A DNA stretch of 32,000 nucleotides from Xylanibacter ruminicola 23 (GCF_000025925.1 NC_014033.1:1380001-1412000), one strand, 5' to 3'; numbered from the stretch's first letter, positions 25,002 through 31,446 are shown. Program-made: numbers and translations. Notes: generated by a model not told the origin, from the sequence alone.

Positions 25002-25009
25002 TAATTTTG
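25002..25009 (+). promoter_or_regulatory. -7 promoter box TAATTTTG
   Basis: Exact consensus match 35 nt before ATG 25044. Confidence 0.45.
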
Positions 25010-25043
25010 TACCCAAATAACAAACATTCAAAAACGATAAGCT

Positions 25044-25343
25044 ATGATTAAGATGTATGTAATGGAGACTTGTCCCGACTGTGCTTATGTCGAGAAGCAA
25101 GTAGAAGGAAACCCTAATTTTGAAGTGATCGACATCGGTAAGCATGTCAGAAACCTGAAGCAGTTTATCAAGCTTCGTGATACACATCCGGCTTTTGATG
25201 AAGCGAAGGCCGTGGGTGACTTAGGTATTCCCTGCTACGTACTGGAAGATGGCACAGTAACGCTCTACTCGAAGGATGTCGGTTTGGAGCCACGTCCCCA
25301 GGACGAAGGTGCTGCTTGTAGCCTCGATGGACGAGGATGTTAG
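25044..25343 (+). CDS. Glutaredoxin-like (NrdH/YruB-like) small thioredoxin-fold protein
   Basis: MIKMYVMETCPDCAYVEKQ carries a CPDC redox motif, and GIPCYVLEDGTV is also present. There is an extra C-terminal Cys pair, ACSLDGRGC. Confidence 0.75.
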   Translation: MIKMYVMETCPDCAYVEKQVEGNPNFEVIDIGKHVRNLKQFIKLRDTHPAFDEAKAVGDLGIPCYVLEDGTVTLYSKDVGLEPRPQDEGAACSLDGRGC

Positions 25344-25402
25344 GTATGTAACTCAATCGTTTAGAAAACAACATATCCTTTATATTGGATATATATTTTC
25401 AA

Positions 25403-25759
25403 ATGGAGCTATTTGACGAGGAGAATATACATACCACGCTTGATGAACAGTGGGAGAATTACGGGACGCTCAACTATATTGAAGATGAGCGTCGTGAGAG
25501 CTATGCTGATTCTGCTGTGGAACGTAGTGAACTACTTGGACAGATAGCAGCAATGATAGATCGACATCTTACCCGTCAGGAATCAGAAATACTCCGTTCC
25601 TATTTTGGGCTGCAAATGAAGCGCGTATCTGTAGAAGAACTGGCACTAAGAAATGGTGTGTCGAAAAAACGAATCATACGGATTGTTGGTGATGCTGTAG
25701 ATAAACTACGCTTCAGCGACGATGCTATTGACATCTGGAAGTATCTGTATAGAAAATGA
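25403..25759 (+). CDS. Sigma-70 region-4-only HTH protein with an acidic N-terminus (118 aa)
   Basis: LTRQESEILRSYFGLQMKRVSVEELALRNGVSKKRIIRIVGDAVDKLR resembles sigma region 4.2. No region 2 is present. I prefer ATG 25403 over TTG 25385. Confidence 0.6.
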   Translation: MELFDEENIHTTLDEQWENYGTLNYIEDERRESYADSAVERSELLGQIAAMIDRHLTRQESEILRSYFGLQMKRVSVEELALRNGVSKKRIIRIVGDAVDKLRFSDDAIDIWKYLYRK

Positions 25760-25763
25760 ATAA

Positions 25764-25784
25764 AGCCTGTCATCACGACAGGCT
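25764..25784. terminator. Hairpin AGCCTGTC-ATCAC-GACAGGCT, probably a bidirectional terminator
   Basis: 8-bp perfect stem. The T-rich tail is on the minus-strand side (UUUAUUCAUUUU). The plus-strand tail is weak. Confidence 0.5.
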
Positions 25785-25893
25785 CTTCAATTGGAAGTTA
25801 TTCAAACATGTAGATATTTTGGCTAAAACATTGTGGGTGCAAAGGTACGGTGATTCTCCGACATTTGCAATACCTAAAACATGGGATTTATAT

Positions 25894-26379
25894 TCAGATC
25901 GATGCTATCAAAGAATAGAGGTAGCTGCCGAAGGATATGAGCAGCCATATCATGAGGGCGATTAGTAGCAGGAGTACAAGCAGGACGATGGCGGATTGCA
26001 GCGCACGGCGGTTTACTTGTTTGATGATAGCATCGTCGCCATCGATGAAGCCCTGAATCATCGCCATGTTTTTCATGTTGGCGCGGTGGAAGATATCTAT
26101 CACGTCGCCGATAAAGAATGGAATCATCCCTAAGAGCACATCCCTCAGCGCATTGTTGAGTACGGCTAATGTTAATGGAATGCTCTTGATGATACACATG
26201 GAGAAATAAACGAATGGCACCACGCAGAGCAAGGCCACAGCATCACCCCACCCCGGAATCAACCCGATGACCGCATCGAGATAGAAGCGGTCCATATATC
26301 GGGTAAGTGATTGCATCGACTGATAGACTTTATTATCCATCAGCCGAGCGCGTCGTTGCAGTCGTATTTCGTCGTTCAT
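25894..26379 (-). CDS. DUF4112-family membrane protein
   Basis: LDAVIGLIPGWGDAVALLCVVPFVY and GMIPFFIGDVIDIFHRANMKN are typical of DUF4112. Confidence 0.75.
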   Translation of the reverse strand: MNDEIRLQRRARLMDNKVYQSMQSLTRYMDRFYLDAVIGLIPGWGDAVALLCVVPFVYFSMCIIKSIPLTLAVLNNALRDVLLGMIPFFIGDVIDIFHRANMKNMAMIQGFIDGDDAIIKQVNRRALQSAIVLLVLLLLIALMIWLLISFGSYLYSLIASI

Positions 26380-26385
26380 CTGTTG

Positions 26386-26754
26386 CTAGATTACTGCTCT
26401 GCCAAATGGTGAGAGGGCAAGTTTGGCCAGACGGAAGTGCATTTTTCCGAATGGGATACCGATGATGGTGATGCAAAGGATGAAGCCATAGAATATATGT
26501 GTAAGCCAAATCCAGATTCCACCAACAAAGAACCAAAGTATGTTCATAAAGGTGCTCAGACATCCTGGTTGCGACTGCATCCACTCAACCTTGGTGCCGA
26601 AAGGCCACAAAGCAAGTATGCCAAGTTTGAAGCTTTGCAAACCGAACGGGATGCCTACGATGGTGAGCATCAGGATAAGTCCTGCAACGAAGTACTCGAG
26701 GGCAATGTTAATGCCTCCGAAGATGAGCCAGATGATGTTTCCTAATAGTTTCAT
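26386..26754 (-). CDS. yccF: YccF-family inner membrane protein
   Basis: MKLLGNIIWLIFGGINIALEYFVAGLILMLTIVGIPFGLQSFKL, with a duplicated YccF motif. It lies 6 nt upstream of the DUF4112 gene. Confidence 0.85.
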   Translation of the reverse strand: MKLLGNIIWLIFGGINIALEYFVAGLILMLTIVGIPFGLQSFKLGILALWPFGTKVEWMQSQPGCLSTFMNILWFFVGGIWIWLTHIFYGFILCITIIGIPFGKMHFRLAKLALSPFGRAVI

Positions 26755-26831
26755 ATTCTGAATTTTTAAAAGTCTTCAACTTTTAGACGTATGAAAAGGT
26801 AGAAAAGTTGCATGATATACGAAAAAAAGTG

Positions 26832-26839
26832 TAATTTTG
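26832..26839 (+). promoter_or_regulatory. -7 promoter box TAATTTTG for umuDC
   Basis: Exact consensus match 19 nt before ATG 26858. The TTG start in the ORF track (26837) lies inside the box. Confidence 0.45.
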
Positions 26840-26857
26840 CAGCAAAATAATAAAAAT

Positions 26858-27310
26858 ATGAATGAACCAGAGATAAAAAAGGCGGATGTTTCTACCGAGC
26901 TGGAGCTGCCGATGTACGATGCGATTGCAGCCGGATTTCCCATTACCAGCGACTATCCTGCTGACAGGTTGGACTTTAATCGCGACTTTATCAAGCACCC
27001 CGAAAGTACGTTTTATGTACGTGTGAAAGGTGACTCGATGAAGGAGGCCGGCATTTTTGATGGCGACTTGTGCCTGGTGGATAAAGCCGAGGAGATGGAA
27101 CACGGCAATATCGTAGCTGCGTATGTAAACGGTGGCTTTACGGTGAAGTATCTCGATACATCCACCAAGGATCAGGGCTTTATCCGACTGGTGCCTGCCA
27201 ATAAGGATTTCAAGCCGTTTATCATCGATTCGTCAGATGAGTTTACCGTCTGGGGCAAAGTAATTTTTACCATTAGAGACTGGAGGAATAGCTATTGTTT
27301 GCCATTATAG
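26858..27310 (+). CDS. umuD: UmuD-like S24 peptidase (SOS mutagenesis accessory subunit)
   Basis: Ala-Gly self-cleavage site in YDAIAAGFP, Ser nucleophile in KGDSM, Lys in FTVKYL. No N-terminal DNA-binding domain. Confidence 0.85.
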   Translation: MNEPEIKKADVSTELELPMYDAIAAGFPITSDYPADRLDFNRDFIKHPESTFYVRVKGDSMKEAGIFDGDLCLVDKAEEMEHGNIVAAYVNGGFTVKYLDTSTKDQGFIRLVPANKDFKPFIIDSSDEFTVWGKVIFTIRDWRNSYCLPL

Positions 27311-28587
27311 ATTGCGATAATTGCTTCGTGAGTTGCGAGCGTGTATTTAGGCCCGATCTCAACGGAAAGCCCGTCGTTGTATTGTCGAACAACGATGGTT
27401 GTGTGGTTGCGCGCTCAAACGAAGCAAAGGCCATGGGCATCAAAGCTGGAACACCTTATTATCAGCTGAAGGAGCTCTTCCCCGGACAGGAGATAGCCGT
27501 ATTTTCATCGAACTACGAACTGTATATCGATATGACCGACAGAGTGATGTCGCTTATCCGAAAGGAGGTGCCTGAATTCTATCGTTACAGCATCGACGAA
27601 GGTTTCTGTATGCTCAAGGGGTTGGAGCATCTCGACCTGAAAGCATGGGGCGAGGAGATGCACCAGCGCATCAAACAATGCACGGGCATGCCGGTAAGCA
27701 TAGGCATCGCCTCTACCAAGACCTTGGCTAAGATGGCCAGCCATTATGCCAAGAAATACCCCGGATTTCACCATTGTTGCTATATCAACCATGTGTCACG
27801 TCGCGACAAGGCCTTGGAACTTTATCCCATCAGCGAGGTTTGGGGTATAGGCCGACAGTATGCCAAGCGACTTGAAGCTATAGGCATCAAGACAGCCTAT
27901 GATTTTGCAACTCAAAGCCGAAGTTGGGTTCGATCCACCTTTAATGTGGTGGTTGAGCGCACCTGGCGTGAACTGAATGGCGAGGATTGCATTTTGCTGG
28001 AGGACATGAGCAAGAAGAAAAGTATCTGTACCAGCAGGAGTTTCCCCGGGATGGTGAACGATTTTGAGACGCTGCGAACCAGTATCAGCAACTTTGCCGC
28101 CCATTGTGCCGAGAAGCTACGCAAACAGCAATCGGCAGCGGCGATAGTGAGTGTATTTATCGACACGAACCACTTCAGAGAAGATCTACCCCAGTATTGG
28201 AACTATGCCGAGGAACGACTGTTGACACCCAGCAGTAGCACGCAGGATATCGTGCAATGTGCGCTGCGATGCACCAAACAGATATACCGACAAGGCTACC
28301 AATACAAGCGAGCGGGTGTGATTGTGATGGGCATTTGCCCTGATACGGCTGTGCAGACCAATTTCATCGACTACGATTCGGAGAAATATGAGAAAAAGCG
28401 AAAACTGGATGAAGCCATCGACCGTATCAATCGCATAAATGGTAGTGAGACTGTGGTGCTGGGGGCGCAACAATATACGGCTAAAGACGGTAAAGGCCGA
28501 GCTAGTATTTTCCGTGACAGCATCAAGCACGACTTCCGCAGTCCAAGCTACACTACCAAGTGGAGTGATATCCCAGAAGCGGAATAA
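27295..28587 (+). CDS. umuC: UmuC-like Y-family DNA polymerase (Pol V catalytic subunit type)
   Basis: (M)FAIIDCDNCFVSCERVFRPDLNGKPVVVLSNNDGCVVARSNEAKAMGIK closely parallels the E. coli UmuC N-terminus. TTG start, 16-nt overlap with umuD. Confidence 0.9.
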   Translation: MFAIIDCDNCFVSCERVFRPDLNGKPVVVLSNNDGCVVARSNEAKAMGIKAGTPYYQLKELFPGQEIAVFSSNYELYIDMTDRVMSLIRKEVPEFYRYSIDEGFCMLKGLEHLDLKAWGEEMHQRIKQCTGMPVSIGIASTKTLAKMASHYAKKYPGFHHCCYINHVSRRDKALELYPISEVWGIGRQYAKRLEAIGIKTAYDFATQSRSWVRSTFNVVVERTWRELNGEDCILLEDMSKKKSICTSRSFPGMVNDFETLRTSISNFAAHCAEKLRKQQSAAAIVSVFIDTNHFREDLPQYWNYAEERLLTPSSSTQDIVQCALRCTKQIYRQGYQYKRAGVIVMGICPDTAVQTNFIDYDSEKYEKKRKLDEAIDRINRINGSETVVLGAQQYTAKDGKGRASIFRDSIKHDFRSPSYTTKWSDIPEAE

Positions 28588-28751
28588 CTTTTGCAGTTTT
28601 GCGGTTTTGCAAACTTGACTTAAAGGTTTTTAGAAATCTATAATACTAAGCCTATTATTATATAATATATATATTATATAATAATAGAGATATTTTACTA
28701 AAATATCCAATACCTTAATGTCAAGTTTGCAAAAGTGCAAAAGCGCAAAAC
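28588..28751. repeat. 164-bp composite palindrome: 39-nt imperfect arms built from three TTTTGC units, plus a central perfect 36-bp almost pure A/T palindrome (28652-28687)
   Basis: Arms 28588-28626 and 28713-28751 match at 31 of 39 positions as an inverted repeat. The centre is CTATTATTATATAATATAT/ATATATTATATAATAATAG. Confidence 0.9.
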
Positions 28752-28826
28752 CATCATCAGATAAAAAAAGTAGCTTTGTGGACTAAAATAACTACCAAAA
28801 CATTTGCACAATTCAAATATTTTTTG

Positions 28827-28834
28827 TACCTTTG
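28827..28834 (+). promoter_or_regulatory. -7 promoter box TACCTTTG, with TTTG at 28803-28806, for the HU-like gene
   Basis: Both elements are present with 20-nt spacing. This implies a 5' UTR of about 155 nt. Confidence 0.5.
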
Positions 28835-28860
28835 CAATGTTGTTGAAAGGCAACAAAAAA

Positions 28861-28927
28861 GAGCGCTTAAGCCATAGAAAAATTTTCAGTAGGCCTACCA
28901 GAAAATTTTAGATGGCTACACCCGCTC
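28861..28927 (+). other. 67-nt quasi-palindrome / long imperfect hairpin in the 5' UTR of the HU-like gene
   Basis: Pairs are GAGCG/CGCTC, AGCCAT/ATGGCT, AAAATTTTC/GAAAATTTT and GTA/TAC, arranged around a central AGGCCT. Confidence 0.6.
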
Positions 28928-28998
28928 AAACACGACTAAGGAAGAGGTTTTAAGGAAAAGGAAAGATTATAACAAACCCTTTAATTTAAAACAAAATT

Positions 28999-29568
28999 AT
29001 GGCACTTAAAGTAAAGGCAGTTGAGCGACTGCTTAAGTTTGACAAAGAGAAAGAAGGTAAGTATCGTTATGTACTGAGCCCCGACCTGTACTCAAGTCTG
29101 GATCAGGACAAGGTAATCAAGGAGGCTGCCAGTCGCAGCGGTGTGATGGAAGGCGTGATGCAGGCCTGCTGGAATGCTGCTGGCGAGGTAATCAAGGCCT
29201 GGGCCACCGAAGGACACTCGGTTGCCATTCCCGGACTGGGCACCATGCGTTTCGGACTGCGCGGTAAGGCGGTTGAGAACGTGAACGAGGTCAAAGCCGG
29301 ACTGATCACCACCCGTCGTATCATCTTTACACCAACGGTTAAGCTGAAGGATGAGCTGGCTAACACCGCTATCCAGATTACCTGTATCGACCGCAACGGC
29401 AAGGAGGTGAAGCGTGTAACCAGTAGCGACAGCGGCGACGTGGAGGATCCTGAGAACGAGAATGGTGGCAACACCAATCAGGGTGGCAATCAGCCAAGCA
29501 ATGGTGGCGGTAACCAGGGTGGTAACACAGGCGGTGGCAGCGGTAGCCACGAGCCGATTGGAGACTAA
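28999..29568 (+). CDS. HU-family DNA-binding protein, Bacteroidales type, with a Gly/Asn-rich tail (HU-HIG-like)
   Basis: The HU fold pattern is VAIPGLGTMRFGLRGKAV followed by RRIIFTPTVKLKDEL. The C-terminal low-complexity tail is NENGGNTNQGGNQPSNGGGNQGGNTGGGSG. Confidence 0.75.
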   Translation: MALKVKAVERLLKFDKEKEGKYRYVLSPDLYSSLDQDKVIKEAASRSGVMEGVMQACWNAAGEVIKAWATEGHSVAIPGLGTMRFGLRGKAVENVNEVKAGLITTRRIIFTPTVKLKDELANTAIQITCIDRNGKEVKRVTSSDSGDVEDPENENGGNTNQGGNQPSNGGGNQGGNTGGGSGSHEPIGD

Positions 29569-29594
29569 GGGCTTGGGGCTTAGGCCCCGCCCTA

Positions 29595-29627
29595 CATTAA
29601 ACATGAAACATTAAAGATTAAACATTA
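29595..29627 (+). repeat. Copy B of the AAACATGAAACATTAAAGATTAAACATTA repeat, directly 5' of the small-peptide ATG
   Basis: 29599-29627 equals 11770-11798 (29 of 29). Confidence 0.9.
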
Positions 29628-29728
29628 TGAGTAAGAGAGAAACAGTAAAGTTCATCGTACAGATGATAGCGAGTATCGCCACAGCGATAGTAACCGCCCT
29701 AGGTGCAACCAGCTGCATGGGCCTGTAA
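29627..29728 (+). CDS. 33-aa hydrophobic peptide MSKRETVKFIVQMIASIATAIVTALGATSCMGL; resembles the Bacteroidales 'smalltalk' peptides found next to HU-like genes (from memory)
   Basis: Manual translation. It is followed after 8 nt by a strong terminator and lies 58 nt after the HU-like gene. Confidence 0.5.
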   Translation: MSKRETVKFIVQMIASIATAIVTALGATSCMGL

Positions 29729-29736
29729 TCAAAGAA

Positions 29737-29772
29737 ATCAGCCGAGGTACCCACCCCTCGGTTGATTTTTTT
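29737..29772 (+). terminator. Intrinsic terminator
   Basis: ATCAGCCGAGG-(8 nt)-CCTCGGTTGAT forms an 11-bp stem with one G-U pair; the T-run (7 T from 29766, the first being the stem's last base) follows. Confidence 0.75.
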
Positions 29773-29825
29773 GCCCCCATCCCAAAATTTCCCAACCTAT
29801 GCCTTGTTTTTGCACACCTTTTTTG

Positions 29826-29833
29826 TATATTTG
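29826..29833 (+). promoter_or_regulatory. -7 promoter box TATATTTG
   Basis: Exact consensus match. It lies 22 nt before a 26-codon ORF and 112 nt before the exonuclease ATG. Confidence 0.45.
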
Positions 29834-29944
29834 CAGCGTCTAATCTTTAAAAGTATGGCAAAGAATCTATTAAACAAGTACGTATGGCTGGTGGAAACCA
29901 TCTGCAAGGTTCAAAACAAATGTGGAACAAAATAAGAACGACAA

Positions 29945-30436
29945 ATGAAAGATTTTGCTGCAATAGATTTTGAGACTGCTAACAACGAGCGAACCAGTGT
30001 TTGCTCAGTAGGAGTTGTGATTGTGAGAGATGGCGAGATTGTGGATTCCTTCTATTCGCTGATACAGCCAGAGCCCAATTACTATAATTATTGGTGTAGT
30101 CAGGTGCATGGACTAACACGTCAGGATACAGAGGAGGCCCCAATATTTCCAGAAGTATGGAAGCAGATTGAGCCAATGATTGAAGGTTTGCCCTTGGTGG
30201 CACATAACAAAGCTTTCGATGAGAGTTGCTTAAAGGCCGTGTTTCGTTGTTATCAGATGGACTATCCAGATTATCAGTTCTATTGTACTTGTGTGGCTTC
30301 TCGCAAAGCATTCCCAAATGCCGCGAATCACCAGCTACATACGATTTCTAAGCTATGTGGTTATGAGCTAGAGAACCACCATCATGCCCTCGCCGATGCC
30401 GAAGCATGTGCCTGGATAGCCAGAGAAATCCTATAA
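29945..30436 (+). CDS. DnaQ-like 3'-5' exonuclease (DEDDh family, stand-alone)
   Basis: Exo I AIDFETAN, Exo II AHNKAFDESCL, Exo III HHALADAEACAWI. Confidence 0.85.
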   Translation: MKDFAAIDFETANNERTSVCSVGVVIVRDGEIVDSFYSLIQPEPNYYNYWCSQVHGLTRQDTEEAPIFPEVWKQIEPMIEGLPLVAHNKAFDESCLKAVFRCYQMDYPDYQFYCTCVASRKAFPNAANHQLHTISKLCGYELENHHHALADAEACAWIAREIL

Positions 30437-30464
30437 ATATTCTGGTATTTTATTAGATTCTTAC

Positions 30465-30495
30465 AAGGTGTGCACTCAAACGGCACACCTTTCTT
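30465..30495 (+). terminator. Hairpin AAGGTGTGC-(9 nt)-GCACACCTT followed by TCTT
   Basis: 9-bp perfect stem with a short U-rich tail. It lies 28 nt after the exonuclease stop. Confidence 0.55.
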
Positions 30496-30496
30496 G

Positions 30497-30504
30497 TATC
30501 TTTG
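30497..30504 (+). promoter_or_regulatory. -7 promoter box TATCTTTG
   Basis: Exact consensus match 27 nt before ATG 30531. Confidence 0.45.
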
Positions 30505-30530
30505 CATCGTGAACATAAGATAATGTAAAG

Positions 30531-31399
30531 ATGGAAACGAGACAGAAGAAAAAGATGGATTTGCTCACAGCTATTGAGCAGATAGTAGAAAAGGCCAAGG
30601 ACTCGATGCTAAGCCCTGAGTTCTATCGCAAGGCCTCGCGATATATCAAATATGTGTCTGACAAACTCGATCTGACCAGGAACTGAGCGTGATGCTGGCC
30701 CTCTTCATCAATCGTAGCGATGATACTAATATTCATATCAGCGAGCTGTCGGAAGATGTTAATTGCTCTACAATCCATATAATACGCTACATGAACGACA
30801 TTGATATTCTTGAAAAAAGAGAATTCGTACGTTGTTGTAGAGACTTTCATAGATATAGAAAGAGTGTTTCGTATAGAATACCATTTGAGGTTATTGAGGC
30901 TCTGAAGCATGACGAAAAGTATGTACCCAGAAGATGTACAGGCCTTACATGCCAGGAACTATTTGGCGAACTCGAAGAAATCTTTGACTTGCGCAAGGAG
31001 AATGAGATGACTTATGAGGCTATGCTGCAAAAGATCAATTCTCTTTTTGCAGATAATAGCAAACTAAATTTCGTTCAAATGGTGGATAGTTTCTTTCCTG
31101 ATGGTGAAGAAAATGAAGAAAGGATGTTGTTAATTTTATTCTGCCATCTATGCGTAAATAATGGTGACGACAATATTCGCTTTCATGATTTAGATTTCTT
31201 GTTTGATGACAAACGGGAATGGAATCGTCAGAAAGTAAGACTTAATAATGGGAATCATTTTCTAATTGAGGAACATCTAATTGAGTATAACAATGATAAT
31301 GGCATGATTCATACTGGAGTAATAAAAGAATATCCTGCTGATTTCATGGATGAAGCCATCCTTAAATACGCCAAAATTAATCTAAGTAACATAATTTAG
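30531..31399 (+). pseudogene. Frameshifted and probably 3'-truncated gene; N-terminal (wHTH-like) region of a Bacteroidales AAA-type ATPase family, ATPase domain absent
   Basis: The 51-codon ORF 30531-30686 (METRQKKKMDLLTAIEQIVEKAK, then KLDLTRN and a stop) continues in another frame. That frame is open from 30662 and reads QTRSDQELSVMLALFINRSDDTNIHISELSEDVNCSTIHIIRYMNDIDILEKREFV. No Walker motif occurs before the stop at 31399. Confidence 0.5.
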
Positions 31400-31408
31400 A
31401 ATAAAAAG

Positions 31409-31446
31409 AAAAGAAGTTTGCGTTTTTGGTTGCGCAAACTTCTTTT
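31409..31446. terminator. Bidirectional terminator between the decayed gene and atpG
   Basis: AAAAGAAGTTTGCG-(10 nt)-CGCAAACTTCTTTT is a 14-bp perfect stem. The A/T runs within the stem arms supply the U-rich 3' arm in either orientation. Confidence 0.75.

Noticed and set aside
24933-25187. 84-aa minus-strand ORF overlapping the glutaredoxin-like gene start and its promoter.
   Set aside because: It overlaps a gene with a clear family signature and its promoter box. It has no motif and a hydrophobic, low-information translation.
25840-25847. CAAAGGTA (minus-strand TACCTTTG promoter-like box) downstream of the DUF4112 stop, pointing into the sigma-like gene in antisense.
   Set aside because: It is an isolated 8-mer match with no TTTG -33 partner at the right spacing and no downstream ORF. 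Such a match is expected by chance in AT-rich spacers.
25756-26197. ORFs 25756..25965 (+, 69 aa) and 25874..26197 (-, 107 aa).
   Set aside because: The first spans the terminator hairpin and the 3' end of the DUF4112 gene. The second is an out-of-frame overlap of the DUF4112 gene with an Arg/His/Pro-rich translation.
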